Shown here: in pieces, positions 22,801 through 31,466 of the stretch
How the letters are laid out: each line of letters opens with the position of its first letter
Numbering within the stretch: the first letter of the stretch is position 1
DNA from: an uncultured Clostridia bacterium
GTDB lineage: Bacteria > Bacillota > Clostridia > Christensenellales > UBA1242
Length of the DNA: 64,000 nt
Reading direction: 5' to 3'
NCBI GenBank assembly: GCA_944362545.1
Contig: CALVTJ010000001.1
Span: forward strand, 64,500-128,499
Notes under the pieces: model-generated
Seen by the model: the letters and a program-made list of their open reading frames with translations, nothing else
The model's database searches: none
Told to the model about the DNA's origin: nothing
Translations under genes and position numbers: made by a program

Positions 22801-25086
22801 TTCTGAAAGCAAATAAATGTTTGTGTCGCCTTCACTGATGGCAAAAATGTCATCGTTTGCGCTGCCGACTGTGAGTTGATAACTTGTTATATTAGGCACG
22901 TTTTCCACACGAACAAAATAGCCCGAACTTGCCGTAAATCCACTATGGTTGACATACTGTTGATCAAAACCAAACTCCACTGCGCCATTGACAAGTTTTT
23001 CGGCAATATAGAAGACATCCTGCATATATTCAGTCGATGAAATAAATTGATTTACATCACCAGAAGTAGCAAAAATTCTTACATAAAAATATCCCACATT
23101 TTCAAAGGTATAACTTGCGCTTTGTGCTTCCCTTTCAACAGGCGAAAGCGAAGAGATATCAACATTGATTTCGCTTTGGTTTGCTTGATATGTACCTTTA
23201 TCAATTTGGTAGATTTGCAACTGATAACCCGAAGCATTCTCCACTTCGTTCCAAACATATGTTTTGTCAGTGCTGTCTCCACTGTCTGCAGAAATAGGTG
23301 CTGAAAGCAAGGTCAAATCTTTGAGTTTTGATGAGCCTATTGCGGTCAAGTCATCCGCTGTTTTTGCAACAACTCTAAGCCTAAATACCATGTCATCTTC
23401 AACCAAAACAGGTTCAAACAGATTTTCAATCTTGTTTGTCAATGTGATTGTCACGGTTTGTCCTTGCACAGAAGCATCGTATTCCCCTTGTGAAACTTCT
23501 TCAAAATCTGTGCCATTCCAAATTTCAAGAGTGTAAGTATCCGCATTATTCACAACATCAAATGTCAAAACTGAAGAATTATCGCCATAAGAGTGCGTTA
23601 TCTCGCTTGCAAAAGCCTCGGCCTTTGTAATATGCAAAACTTGACTTACATCAGAGTTTATCACCAAGACATCCTGACCAGAAAGTTGGTTAAATTCACT
23701 TCTTGCCATTGCATAAACCGACAAATCAAAACTGCCCGACTGATTTATTGCAATTTCAATGTCCTTTGAAAGTTCGTCCGCATCAAGTCCATCAAGCACA
23801 ACATTGTCACCAAGACCTGTGACAAGAATGTCTCCATTTAAAAGACTGCTTGTGGTGGATACTTGCGCCTTGAAAGTTGCGCCATCAAGTTCGTTTTCTC
23901 CACGACCAACAAAATTCAAACTTGGCATTTTGAAGATTCTTCCAACAACTGTTTCATTACTTTGATAAAACAATCCGCTTTCATTTTTTGCCACAACGCT
24001 TGCCTGATAAACGCCACTTGCAAGTCCGTTTAAATTGGTGTAACTTTCACCAGAAAATTCCTCAAAAGAAATAGTGTAGTCTTCTTGATTTTCTTCATCG
24101 CGCAAGATAATATCATATTTTTCCACACCTTCTGCGGTTTCAATCTGCACAAGTCCGCCTGCGGTTTGAGAATAAACATATTGTGCAGTCGGAGCAGCAA
24201 GTTTTTCAATCTCAATAACATCGCTCTCACGCGCTATCTTCTCACCGGCATTGTCAAAGACAAGAACAGACACTTCATGAGTTCCCGCTTGTGCAACACT
24301 GAAGAAAGATGACAAATCTTTGCTTAAAGTGCTCTGCCTGTCATCCAACAGCACCCCATCCATTCTAACTTGATATTCTGCTCCTGCAATCGCACTCCAA
24401 GAAAGAGTCCCTCTTTCTGCATCCCAGATCAAATCATCCGCTGACAGCCTGTCCATATATCCAAAGTAGAGCGTTGGAACTTGTGAAGGTTCACTGTTAT
24501 CAAAATAGCCATTTCCTTGTGCTGTGACAGTCAAAGCATAGGTGCCATAATTTGAAAGAGTAATACTGTTTGTGTTTGTCACTTCATTTATGTTCAAAAC
24601 TTCCACTTCCTGATCTGGAGAGTCCGGCTGGAAAGTGGTGCAAGTGCCTTCAACCACATAACTTTGTGCCAAGGTTGGGTTTTGCTCATTTTCGAAAAAA
24701 CCAGAAACGACATCCCAAGTCAAAACGCCACTTTCATCCAATGAAAAGTTTTTAGGAGAATCAAATTGTTTTTTTACAACAACCTGCATGGAAGCAAGAC
24801 TGTTGTTTTGATATGTAGCATATATGTTTGTTCTGCCAGAAGAGATTGCAAGTGCACTGTCACCTTGAACCTGCAAAATTGAAGTGTTTGAAGGTTGGAA
24901 AGAAATGTCAGTTTTTTCAACTCCTGAAACTGACAGATAATCCTGCAAATTTATTGACTCATTCACAGAAAGGAGAACTTCGCTTTGTGAAAAGGAAGCC
25001 TGCGGACTTTTGAAAGAACAGGAAGCAAGCACACTCCCCATTGCAATAGTCAAAACTGACATCAAAATCAAACTCAACTTTTTCAT
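13885..25086 (-). CDS. Giant (3733 aa) surface lipoprotein with many FN3/Ig-like modules and a C-terminal GLUG-like beta-helix region
   Basis: This is an uninterrupted 11.2 kb ORF. The signal peptide and lipobox read MKKLSLILMSVLTIAMGSVLASC. There are at least 12 recurring modules of the type 'L(S/T/Y)W..V..A..Y.V', for example LSWSAIAGAEYQVRMDG, YVWNEVENASGYQLQIY and LSWDEIANSDGYILKMF. The C-terminus has 'GDGTSENPYRIVNEEQFKNIAK' followed by repeats such as QVAGIVNTN and YIAGVADYG. Confidence 0.85.
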   Translation of the reverse strand: MKKLSLILMSVLTIAMGSVLASCSFKSPQASFSQSEVLLSVNESINLQDYLSVSGVEKTDISFQPSNTSILQVQGDSALAISSGRTNIYATYQNNSLASMQVVVKKQFDSPKNFSLDESGVLTWDVVSGFFENEQNPTLAQSYVVEGTCTTFQPDSPDQEVEVLNINEVTNTNSITLSNYGTYALTVTAQGNGYFDNSEPSQVPTLYFGYMDRLSADDLIWDAERGTLSWSAIAGAEYQVRMDGVLLDDRQSTLSKDLSSFFSVAQAGTHEVSVLVFDNAGEKIARESDVIEIEKLAAPTAQYVYSQTAGGLVQIETAEGVEKYDIILRDEENQEDYTISFEEFSGESYTNLNGLASGVYQASVVAKNESGLFYQSNETVVGRIFKMPSLNFVGRGENELDGATFKAQVSTTSSLLNGDILVTGLGDNVVLDGLDADELSKDIEIAINQSGSFDLSVYAMARSEFNQLSGQDVLVINSDVSQVLHITKAEAFASEITHSYGDNSSVLTFDVVNNADTYTLEIWNGTDFEEVSQGEYDASVQGQTVTITLTNKIENLFEPVLVEDDMVFRLRVVAKTADDLTAIGSSKLKDLTLLSAPISADSGDSTDKTYVWNEVENASGYQLQIYQIDKGTYQANQSEINVDISSLSPVEREAQSASYTFENVGYFYVRIFATSGDVNQFISSTEYMQDVFYIAEKLVNGAVEFGFDQQYVNHSGFTASSGYFVRVENVPNITSYQLTVGSANDDIFAISEGDTNIYLLSENFAQGNTEISITVVGHADDEMIYVATDPTVLTVERLGQVTFEDLDIDQLTSRVTLKQKDGVTGGRIWYNDGNVSDRDDAYPSLNISSLNDFSLLFTLYGTKLNEEGIYQATDDKIYLDSMESTLQFARLQAPTNFRYYDGKLTFDHDAISIADYYVLDLNCITPNGDNLLTIRLDDTVIVQYEGQEIQLAVGSDVVSYSGTAITINLDTLVEQLKANEQISGVYNQSTEIDFSVYAYVIENDSSVIYLSSPYASVYGNSASTSLKVEKMITPQIEFAYSDTDYTLSWQAVETEETVASETSYQVFLDDEPFGSSIVSGLSYNFANTSFNLSTYYTFYIKAENPYYLESANSNTITIYRLSRIPRVTLTADGNLSYEIATAERDFVENVKVDALLSTSSNTSGLVEITGSGNYTFTVIGRTIENENSATHYLDSAPSTWTLTEMDTLAPSDNNVTFSNNLLSWNAFGANAGIGSLSYLVIFRDTTGKTVTYNTTDTTLNLQDNTELYQSISALAAGDIEIGVSAYLLGNGTYTVVAGGTVYYSLDVELLNGNTENHHYLYTSDQTVTKLATPNVTKVEFVYSGLENAQFPDIQVSFVGNYGNSGRFSIYLNDSDFPIMTTNIAQSDGTYTFTLTREYYNNTIQPGQTLTVKIMALSDTAIPSSSGIVEITRVVDLQSVAFKENEDKFTQNLVLTFNPDNLDFSQGGVNLQISYQPASGEQQTEYRHVDVNSVSESLTYDMSEFFEEYLADGGTIQISAYIASFADDENKIYYLPAPTLVTSQTYNVLKQVEQVTHSDGGFVIDSSLNNANTVYVVQYGASRFEVPADRNGEFYFEFPNSWANGSYELEIFASENDYINSVINVVSFQLNRIASVDVVTMERDVDNMATVTLSWDEIANSDGYILKMFAKTDTEHSAPLYVFNSADYDAEHGTQGASDGKVVYTLEQIFGRNFEDLIAYDKLTAFDLMSDIEVVFDLVTIGGSGYNNSFALTFNATVKGNPVQTTDIIVDEFGRIAFTSVAGTSYMYRLVDSTGDTELQGWQVIEATSASTTLNVSSEIATGVLFNVEIIVVGSAIESPATSADFDFVLDSMPLTTVGNDLTFIVNESIVDVGYNENIPSLLAFTMISNSFTKLYVGLEENAIMSGDVFGFVPAYFSDADTDMQSIHSYSLGEIINGLIEQGCDINLNDNFKLYFWSYRTSASITGSYVISKAYEFTFALTSENSFKEIMKVGDLGEDSVYPEDYANTFAVFNNNDSADLQTIGIFVRITHIADDNAGDFTSIKFRSSQQMTGHAYFEGQNVYVINLTSMFEEEDLFTMSGTFEVAFSRLQVQSSDDKIILTDWFEGGDENSFTFEKLPEVQNLRLSAGSLYWDISGEKTDKYYVYFIIDLNGNILGERYNYFATASSSFNASDFVGTENQYYIAVQSISENPFLLPSNRVFIVDVAEGSNEPVLVRKNQVTSPIKLQDGKLYIDWSEDGDFYRELTGDGSFEDIAKTITSEMFSSPFTFSLQQLVDDNITMRLRFTPLTSGNEGMRKIFDVNAKYLLASLLDFGTENDYDIEGRLNEIYTNASDSSTRNLIGEFRENIVNRGSFGVANAQVLFDDIFEALQTGSYRMEYCLIGSNVTLSSSWYEFKNNNGENVIYVNGEPSVSARKVENPTDISINSYQVLVRKSQIYDYVGGSYSLMDAQGYNMVVYDDAGNRFVFAITKGITNWSLTLLDEDVEGSVSVYETDASGTTTENGPYLMFYLNQNNGNSIMGRYNSVVQSGHTYKMQIYAVGTNFSTSSKSEFFSLTLLGFNDTFAINNGQFVWGSVNNRKTSVIYKKNTSSQEEVTEIDGTMATSTFSLNGLGNGLYDYIKFVLFGEVRAQSIFVDSEIYIVENVYKLASPTLNNNYGYIGIDDSANISMLGIDSPDHSASICYSDGSLYNYVLYNSDENETIYFSDQNSASEIVYYEAGTTGMDVTHPDYEYKSTEEVAREFHVVSLGTTAGFEIEDDESAYYLKHIYCLDIETGEKSDKSVAVRSEVATIHASMLDTLSNVWIENGILHWDDVTGKAGDEPMTIPSTDRADIIYKVTVVQYVPSSTEGGETETNVGQEYYYYTTENFFDFTIINEDQIVVTDDTSYLKATVQALALNVTDTLPTGAYVSLVEGGYAYGNLQYADSDIYILMGNGAILRQIDRLAPVDEGSLQVRDGSLYWTYTTTNSITDEDMFFQQYDFIVMDEDGNEVSGQLVVDAIYQQQETSTNVFSIRFVEDAGAMQDGTQVLTVYTTQGRQNDDVIIKSFGRTIEVTKLRTITSDDYTITSQGGLETLDMSAYFTDNNSNTVRININIVSHGEPVEEREIEFNISQYKLYILRSEDDVKLISSYPEFYVTQYIVISEDQIAQITFEVENLMIANTIYSDVSEQFTLQRSNWGADSKIVWDEENQVFTWNYGGYYSFNSSPEADKVSEGNVLTEQVTLYTDSQMQESADIILEAGTVVSVEDVQDGVATIMYESMIYYISESSYEWQRFVVETETLDSSTMFTVVANEGENTLIEVGGDRYLVATSAIIQPVYIIEVTYGAEPNQIVRTYTTTETQFAPSIITDQIRISVSVKLGDTNIQSQELVYTSDEGTDFVAFNLFESGDGTSENPYRIVNEEQFKNIAKRMKKDNVLVNYVENGREVNEEEQYYFLIESDLVLSENGNTETYINGILFAGEFEGIIEGNGSTITYISSGVAPLSQDVLVAEGHVLGPSTETSTTYRYGSSLFETLASGSAISNLQINASFLSSNNSYIPHHSLIASLAITNGGRLDNINLVGFSSNFIGRSTPGTRVIMIYSGIVSRNTGSVARISNSTVSTDMTINDGNQAQLIFVSGIAFINYATIEDCSVGGDSETHNIMYVTFQERTGTAQVAGIVNTNTTAGTIRNCANYFNISVECTQAGNSMAVYIAGVADYGRGTLESVANYGTLNTRNISENNLHQGDVSI

Positions 25087-25399
25087 ACAGAAAACCTCTC
25101 AAAAAAATTCTTCTGTGGTTAAGCAAATGCTTTTCTATAATTTCAAAATTATTTTACCACTTACGGACAAAATTTATCAAATAAAAAACAAAGAAAAATA
25201 ATAAATAATATTATTTATTTAAAATAACAAATATTTTTCAGCGGATTTTCAGAGAAATTTTTATATGATTTTTACGATAAAATAGAAAAAACATTATCAA
25301 AAAATGACATTTGAACCATACTTACGCGCAAATAAAATATATAAAAAATATTAAAAATAAAAGAAAAAACACAAAAAAAGTGATTTTTTTATTATTTTT

Positions 25400-25876
25400 T
25401 TAATTTTTTATAATTAAATTATTTTTAAAATAATTTTCCTTCAAAAATCTTAATTCCATTTTTTTGTTGTCTAAAACCTTTTTCAAGACATCTCTGATTT
25501 TCTTGTCTTCCACCTTCAAAATCACACTTTTGATTTCGATGATATTAACTTCCAACATTTCAATGTCACTCAAAAACATCTTGGACAAATTCTTGACATA
25601 GTCAACATTATAGCCAGACAAAAACTTTCTTGCACTTGAATAATATTTGTTGTCTCCACCCATTTTTATAAGCACCTGACTCAAAATTTCACAATTTTCA
25701 AGTTCGGTTTTATATAATTTTGAAAAACATTCAACAAAATCATGAAAATATACAGAGCACTGGTTATATTGATAAAAAAAATGCATGAAGGCAGAAAAAC
25801 AGCCCTTTGTACCAGCGAACAAATTTTGTATCAGTCCTTCATAATAAGAGTTTACTTTCAAAATGTCATTTTTCAT
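25400..25876 (-). CDS. Hypothetical protein, possibly a degenerate ferritin-like four-helix-bundle domain
   Basis: The 158-aa ORF has a helical pattern ...YQYNQ...F..L.K.ELENCEILSQVLIKMGGD... that resembles ferritin-like/rubrerythrin-type domains. The usual E..H ligand pair reads E..C here. The assignment is weak. Confidence 0.4.
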   Translation of the reverse strand: MKNDILKVNSYYEGLIQNLFAGTKGCFSAFMHFFYQYNQCSVYFHDFVECFSKLYKTELENCEILSQVLIKMGGDNKYYSSARKFLSGYNVDYVKNLSKMFLSDIEMLEVNIIEIKSVILKVEDKKIRDVLKKVLDNKKMELRFLKENYFKNNLIIKN

Positions 25877-25927
25877 ATTTTTATCTATGCAGAAAATAAC
25901 ATTTTGGACACATAAGTTTGCAAAATC

Positions 25928-26746
25928 TTAAAAAATATACCACTTCGGTTTTTTCACAAACTCGGCAAAATTTAATCCATTAACATCAACAAAATCAAAT
26001 TTCAACCTAAAACAAGCCAATTTTTGATGATTTTGTTGAAATTTTTTGTTAATCTCATTCTTTCCATACTTTCCATCTCCAATAATTGGATGTCCCAAAT
26101 ATGCCAAATGCGCTCTTATTTGATGAGTTTTTCCCGTAACAAGTTCCACTTCCACCAAACTCGACTGCACTCCCGCCTTGATAGTGTTGACCTTTGTCTC
26201 AATTTCCACACTTCCCTTGACTTTTTGCGGGGAAATTTTGACCAAAGCATTTTCACTGTCTTTTGTTAAAAAACCTTTGTATGTTTTGTTTTTGACATCA
26301 AAATTCCCAACAATCTCTGCTATATAAAATTTGTGAATTGCATGATTTTTGAATGCCGTGATTAACTTTTTTGCACATTCTGTGTTTTTTGCAAACACCA
26401 TCACTCCTTCTGTGTTTCTGTCAAGTCTATGCACAGCAATGGCATTTGGCAAAATTTTTTCCAAACCTTTTTCTCCCTCGACTTCAATTCCGACACGCTT
26501 GTAAATGATGTAAGCATCTTCATTTTCAAACAAAATATCATATTTCTTTTGAAGCATATCGGGCGTGTAAAAAAATGTGACCTTTGTGCCGGCAGTGACC
26601 ATCACATTTTCTTTTGTCGGTTTACCATCAACTTTCACATCCTTTTTGCGAAGCATTTTGCTGACATCAGCAAAAGAAAACCCAAAATCTTGCAAAATAT
26701 TGACAATTTTTCTATCTTTTTCTACTATTATCTCTTTTTTAATCAT
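25928..26746 (-). CDS. RluA-family 23S rRNA/tRNA pseudouridine synthase (with S4-like N-terminus)
   Basis: HRLDRNTEGVMVFAKN contains the catalytic Asp motif, and GKTHQIRAHLAYLGHPIIGDGKYG is the RluA-family signature. Confidence 0.85.
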   Translation of the reverse strand: MIKKEIIVEKDRKIVNILQDFGFSFADVSKMLRKKDVKVDGKPTKENVMVTAGTKVTFFYTPDMLQKKYDILFENEDAYIIYKRVGIEVEGEKGLEKILPNAIAVHRLDRNTEGVMVFAKNTECAKKLITAFKNHAIHKFYIAEIVGNFDVKNKTYKGFLTKDSENALVKISPQKVKGSVEIETKVNTIKAGVQSSLVEVELVTGKTHQIRAHLAYLGHPIIGDGKYGKNEINKKFQQNHQKLACFRLKFDFVDVNGLNFAEFVKKPKWYIF

Positions 26747-26796
26747 ATCTTATTATACAAAAACAAAATAATAATACCAAACAAAAAGGAGAATTT

Positions 26797-27045
26797 ATGG
26801 AAAATATCTGCATTGAAGAGCGTAAACAGATCACAATAATCGGCGCGACAAAGGTGCTATCTGCCACCAACACACAATCAGTAGTGGAGGTTGGAGGAAC
26901 AAATCTTGTCATCACTGGAACAAATCTTGAAGTGACAAAACTTGACCTCGACAACAAACAAGTGGTCTTTTCCGGCGAAATAAATGGTGTCAGATATGTC
27001 ACCAAAAAAGAAAAAGTTGGGCTTTTTAAAAGGTTGTTTAAGTAA
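26797..27045 (+). CDS. yabP: Sporulation protein YabP
   Basis: The 82-aa ORF shows the pattern ...ITIIGATKVLSATNTQSVVEVGGTNLVITGTNLEVTKLDLDNKQVVFSGEINGVRY.... The C-terminal GLFKRLFK matches the B. subtilis YabP tail (GFFSKLFK, from memory). An AAGGAG RBS is present. Confidence 0.8.
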   Translation: MENICIEERKQITIIGATKVLSATNTQSVVEVGGTNLVITGTNLEVTKLDLDNKQVVFSGEINGVRYVTKKEKVGLFKRLFK

Positions 27046-27408
27046 ATGCTCTACGAAACACTTTCACAACCACTCATTTTTTTGATTATGACAATAAGCG
27101 GATTTATGTCCGGATTTTTGTTTGATATTAAAGATATTTTTCTGCATTTTATTAAGCAGAAAAATATTATTTCACAAATTTTATTGTTTTTTGCAGTTTT
27201 TTTCACTTTTTTTGAGTATTTTTTAACAAATTTATGGACAAATTTTGGAGAATTGAGATTTTTCACAATCTTTGCATTCTCAATAGCGTTTTTCATTCAA
27301 AGATTTTTAAGCAAGAATTTCCTTGCCAAGCCGTTTTTGATGTGCTACAATAAACTAAAGGAAAAATACCATGGAAGAAAAAAAAGAAAAATGGTGGAAA
27401 AAGTTTAG
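27046..27408 (+). CDS. YabQ-like spore cortex biosynthesis membrane protein (tentative)
   Basis: The polytopic membrane ORF starts immediately after the yabP stop (TAAATG). This position matches the conserved yabP-yabQ gene order. Confidence 0.45.
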   Translation: MLYETLSQPLIFLIMTISGFMSGFLFDIKDIFLHFIKQKNIISQILLFFAVFFTFFEYFLTNLWTNFGELRFFTIFAFSIAFFIQRFLSKNFLAKPFLMCYNKLKEKYHGRKKRKMVEKV

Positions 27409-27640
27409 CACATTCCAACTTGTTTGCATGGCTATCATTGTCATTTTGCTCATTGCCATAATTGTGGAAGTTTGTGTTATTGTCAATCTAAAGAACAAAA
27501 TTCAAGACACACAGGATAAAAATGAGGAAATCGAATCACAACTTCCGCCTGATGAAGAAGATGCTCCAACTGACAGCGAAAATATTTACCGAGAAAAACT
27601 CTTATATGCTATAAATTCTTTTGAATACACAAAAAACTAG
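27371..27640 (+). CDS. Small bitopic membrane protein (possible DivIC/FtsB-like, by position only)
   Basis: The 89-aa ORF has one TM helix followed by a short charged helical region. It occupies the slot after yabQ that divIC holds in Bacillus. It overlaps yabQ by 38 nt, and an AAGGA RBS is present. Confidence 0.35.
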   Translation: MEEKKEKWWKKFSTFQLVCMAIIVILLIAIIVEVCVIVNLKNKIQDTQDKNEEIESQLPPDEEDAPTDSENIYREKLLYAINSFEYTKN

Positions 27641-27645
27641 TCAGC

Positions 27646-28311
27646 CTAATAAAATAGGTTGACTATTTTTGATGTCAAATTTTCATACAAAAAATTGCAC
27701 ACTATTCCACTTTGCACAAAGGATTGAAGTGAGACATTAAGTGTAAAATTTGCGATTGAAACCATAACCATATATATTACCCCAAAAACAAGAATCCCTT
27801 TTATTGTCCCAAACAGCCCACCCAAAATTTTGTTTCCATGTTGAAACCCAAAAATCTTGATGAGTTTGTTTAACAAAAAACTCAAAAATTTGAGCACGCA
27901 TATCAAAAAAATGAACAAAACCAAAAAGGTCACAACCTTCAAAATCAGCTCACAAAGAGTTGGTGCAAGAATCTGTCCGGCGGTCATTGTTCCATCAAAT
28001 GTAATATTTTCAAAAAAACTTGACAGGAAAAGTCCAAAGATTTTTCCGATATTTGTCTGCAAAAGAGCCATTTGAAATTCGCTCGCTGAAGAAAATTCGC
28101 CAGAAATCATGTTGTCAAAAGTCTTTTGCAAAGTAGAAAAGAGATTGTCTCCAAACCAATTTTGCACATAACCAACAAAATTTGGTGTCAATTTCCACGC
28201 AATATAAATGACAGCAAATGTTCCTATCAAAGAGAAAACCATGGATATCAAACCTTTGAAATATCCCTTAACAAAATAAAAGATGCAGATTGCTAGCAAA
28301 ATCCAATCCAT
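27646..28311 (-). CDS. cvpA: CvpA-family membrane protein
   Basis: MDWILLAICIFYFVKGYFKGLISMVFSLIGTFAVIYIAWKL is a typical CvpA N-terminus. The start is set at that ATG (28311); the track ORF begins at a TTG 12 codons upstream. Neither start has a clear RBS. Confidence 0.7.
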   Translation of the reverse strand: MDWILLAICIFYFVKGYFKGLISMVFSLIGTFAVIYIAWKLTPNFVGYVQNWFGDNLFSTLQKTFDNMISGEFSSASEFQMALLQTNIGKIFGLFLSSFFENITFDGTMTAGQILAPTLCELILKVVTFLVLFIFLICVLKFLSFLLNKLIKIFGFQHGNKILGGLFGTIKGILVFGVIYMVMVSIANFTLNVSLQSFVQSGIVCNFLYENLTSKIVNLFY

Positions 28312-28485
28312 GCAATAATTTTTGGCAAAATAACAAAAATCAAACAAATTTTCAAAAATTACACTTGTGCATTCTTATTTTTTACAATCAAAAAAACAAT
28401 TCTATCAATCTGCATTTTCAAAAGAATTTTTGATTTGTTTTTACGCCAATAAAAAACCTGTGCAAAAATTTGCACAGGCATTTTG

Positions 28486-29229
28486 TTATTTGAGCAATTT
28501 TTCCAAATCTTTACAACGTTTTTTGTCCATTTGTGGAACACCCTCAAGTCGATATTTTATGCCGAGTTTTTTATATTTTTCGGTCGCCATTGTGTGATAA
28601 GGCAAAAGTTCTACCTTTTCCACATTATGCAGATTTTTGACAAATTCTTTGAGTTTCAAAACGCTTTCTTCAGTGTCATTATAATCCGGAATAATCACCT
28701 GTCTAATCCACAATTTTTTGTCCTTCTCTTGGCAGATGTCCAAAAATTTTTCAAACTTGTCAATTGCCCTTCCTGTCAATTTTTTGTAATTTTCCGGAAC
28801 AATTGCCTTGACATCAAGTAAAATCAAATCGGTGTAATCCAAAAGGTCGGCATAGTCTCTTTCATCACCACAGCCGGATGTGTCAAGGCAGGTGTGAATG
28901 TTGTTCTGTTTGCATAATTTAAAAAATTCTGTCACAAACTTGGCTTGCAAGAGCGGTTCTCCACCAGAAACCGTGACACCGCCACCATTTTTAAAGTATA
29001 CCATATATCTTTTGACTTTGTTTAAAAGTTCCTGTACTGTCATCTGTGTTTTCTTTTCATTGATATTCCACGTTTCAGGATTATGACAATATGCACATCG
29101 AAGTGGACAACCTTGCAAAAATATCACATATCTCACACCCGGCCCATCAACAAGCCCCATGCTTTCAAAACTTGAGATATTCCCAATGACCATTTCGGCG
29201 TTTGTTTGCGAGTTTTTCAAGTCTGACAT
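28486..29229 (-). CDS. pflA: Pyruvate formate-lyase activating enzyme (radical SAM)
   Basis: GPGVRYVIFLQGCPLRCAYCHNPETW contains the CxxxCxxC radical-SAM cluster motif. The start overlaps the pflB stop (TAATG). Confidence 0.9.
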   Translation of the reverse strand: MSDLKNSQTNAEMVIGNISSFESMGLVDGPGVRYVIFLQGCPLRCAYCHNPETWNINEKKTQMTVQELLNKVKRYMVYFKNGGGVTVSGGEPLLQAKFVTEFFKLCKQNNIHTCLDTSGCGDERDYADLLDYTDLILLDVKAIVPENYKKLTGRAIDKFEKFLDICQEKDKKLWIRQVIIPDYNDTEESVLKLKEFVKNLHNVEKVELLPYHTMATEKYKKLGIKYRLEGVPQMDKKRCKDLEKLLK

Positions 29230-31466
29230 TATCGTGCCTCATGGAATGTGCGAGATATCACTTCTTGTTGATGTGCTTTTGAAAGTCGATTGAAGTTTAC
29301 AGCATAGCCCGAAACACGAATTGTCAGGTTTGGATATTTCCATGGATTGTTCATGGCGTCAATCAAAAGTTCGCGATTGAGAACATTGACATTGAGATGT
29401 TGCGCCTTCTGCACAAAATAACCATCCAAAATATCAACCAAATTGTTTATTCTTGATTTTTCATCATGCCCCAACGCATCAGGCACTATGGAGAAGGTGT
29501 TTGAAATTCCATCTTGACAGCATCCGCAATAAGGGATTTTTGCCACTGAATTGAGTGATGCAAGCGCTCCCGAGCAATCTCTCTCGTGCATTGGATTTGC
29601 TCCCGGAGCAAAAGGCTCTCCTGCCTTTCTGCCATCTGGAGTTGTGCCGGTCTTTTTGCCATACATAACATTTGATGTGATTGTCAAAAGTGACAATGTG
29701 TGCTTTGCATTTCTGTAAAGTTTGTGTTTTTTCAAGCATCCAAAGAAAAACTCCACAAGTTTTACGCCAATTTCATCAACTCTGTCATCATCGTTTCCAA
29801 ATTTTGGAAAATCTCCTTCAACTTCAAAATCGGTGATAATCCCATTTTCGTTTCTCACCGGTTTGACTTTTGCGAATTTAATTGCAGAAAGAGAGTCCAC
29901 AACGACAGAAAATCCGGCAGCACCAAATGCCATAAGTCTTTCCACCCAAGTGTCGTGAAGCGCCATTTGTCCGCGTTCATATGCATATTTGTCGTGCATA
30001 TAGTGGATGATATTCATGGCATCAACATAGGTCTTTGCCACCTTTTCCAATGTCTTTTGGTAGTTTTTGACTACCTTGTCATATGTCAAAACTTTTTCAT
30101 TGTTCTTCGACAAACCTTCAACAACCAAAGCTTCTGATTTTTCATCCACTCCGCCATTTAAAGAATAGAGCAGTGCTTTTGCCAAATTGCATCTTGCACC
30201 AAAAAACTGCATTTGTTTGCCGATTTTCATGGCAGAAACACAACAAGCAATTGCATAATCATTGCCATATATTCCACGCATTACATCATCGCCTTCATAT
30301 TGAATAGCATCGGTCAAAATGGAAATTTTTGCACAGAATTTTTTGAAGTTGTGTGGCAATTTTTCCGACCAAAGAACAGTCAAGTTTGGCTCTGGTGATG
30401 GTTTGAGATTGATAAGCGTGTGCAAATATCTAAATGAATTTTTGGTCACCAAACTCTTCTTGTCATCAGCCATGCCACCAACGCTCTCTGTCACCCAAGT
30501 TGGGTCTCCCGCAAAGATTTCATCGTATTCTGGAGTTCTTAAATGACGCACAAGTCGAAGTTTGATAATAAATTGGTCAACAAGTTCCTGTGCTTGTTCT
30601 TCTGTCAAAAGTCCATTTTTCATGTCTCTTTCAATATAAATATCAAGAAAGGTTGAAGTTCTGCCAAGACTCATTGCTGCTCCATTGTTTTCTTTAACCG
30701 CTGCAAGATAGCCAAAATAGAGCCACTGAACCGCCTCGCGCGCGTTTGTTGCTGGCTTTGCAATGTCGAAACCATATGAAAGTGCCATTTTTTTCATCTC
30801 TTCAAGCGCCTTTACTTGCTCTGCAACTTCTTCTTTGAGGCGAATGTTTTCTTCGCTTGAAATGTCGATTTTGTTCCAATCTTTCTTTTTCTCTTCAATC
30901 AAGAAATCTATGCCATAAAGTGCCACACGGCGATAATCACCAATAATTCTTCCTCTGCCATAAGCATCAGGAAGCCCTGTGATAAGTCCTGCTTTGCGTG
31001 CCTTTCTTATCTCTGGCGTGTAAGCATCAAACACTCCATCATTATGTGTCTTGCGATATTCCCAGAAATGTTTTTTGATAGTTGGTTCAAGTTCTCTGTG
31101 ATAAGCCGCAAGTGCCTTTTCTGCCATTCTTGTTCCACCATAAAGGTTGACAATGCGTTTGAGAGGCTTGTCAGTCTGAAGTCCAACAATAACCTCGTTT
31201 TTCTTGTCAATATAGCCTGGTTTGAATGAATTTATGCCGGAAATTGCCTTTGTTTCAACATCCAACATCCCAACTTTTGCCTCTTTGGCAAGCAGTTTTT
31301 CACACTTTTCCCAAACTTTTTTGGTTTTTGGAGAAATTCCACACAAAAAACTGTCATCGCCTTTGTATTCTTTGTAATTTTCCAGAATGAAATCTGCAAC
31401 ATCAATCTCGTTTTTCCACTTTTCCCCCTTAAAACCTTTCCATGCTTCAATGCTTTTTGTGTCCAT
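29229..31466 (-). CDS. pflB: Formate C-acetyltransferase (pyruvate formate-lyase)
   Basis: The glycyl-radical C-terminus RVSGYAVNF is present, and IACCVS carries the active-site Cys pair. The length is about 745 aa. The start is set at [12 protein letters not shown] (ATG at 31466) after AAAGGAGAGAG. Confidence 0.92.
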   Translation of the reverse strand: MDTKSIEAWKGFKGEKWKNEIDVADFILENYKEYKGDDSFLCGISPKTKKVWEKCEKLLAKEAKVGMLDVETKAISGINSFKPGYIDKKNEVIVGLQTDKPLKRIVNLYGGTRMAEKALAAYHRELEPTIKKHFWEYRKTHNDGVFDAYTPEIRKARKAGLITGLPDAYGRGRIIGDYRRVALYGIDFLIEEKKKDWNKIDISSEENIRLKEEVAEQVKALEEMKKMALSYGFDIAKPATNAREAVQWLYFGYLAAVKENNGAAMSLGRTSTFLDIYIERDMKNGLLTEEQAQELVDQFIIKLRLVRHLRTPEYDEIFAGDPTWVTESVGGMADDKKSLVTKNSFRYLHTLINLKPSPEPNLTVLWSEKLPHNFKKFCAKISILTDAIQYEGDDVMRGIYGNDYAIACCVSAMKIGKQMQFFGARCNLAKALLYSLNGGVDEKSEALVVEGLSKNNEKVLTYDKVVKNYQKTLEKVAKTYVDAMNIIHYMHDKYAYERGQMALHDTWVERLMAFGAAGFSVVVDSLSAIKFAKVKPVRNENGIITDFEVEGDFPKFGNDDDRVDEIGVKLVEFFFGCLKKHKLYRNAKHTLSLLTITSNVMYGKKTGTTPDGRKAGEPFAPGANPMHERDCSGALASLNSVAKIPYCGCCQDGISNTFSIVPDALGHDEKSRINNLVDILDGYFVQKAQHLNVNVLNRELLIDAMNNPWKYPNLTIRVSGYAVNFNRLSKAHQQEVISRTFHEAR

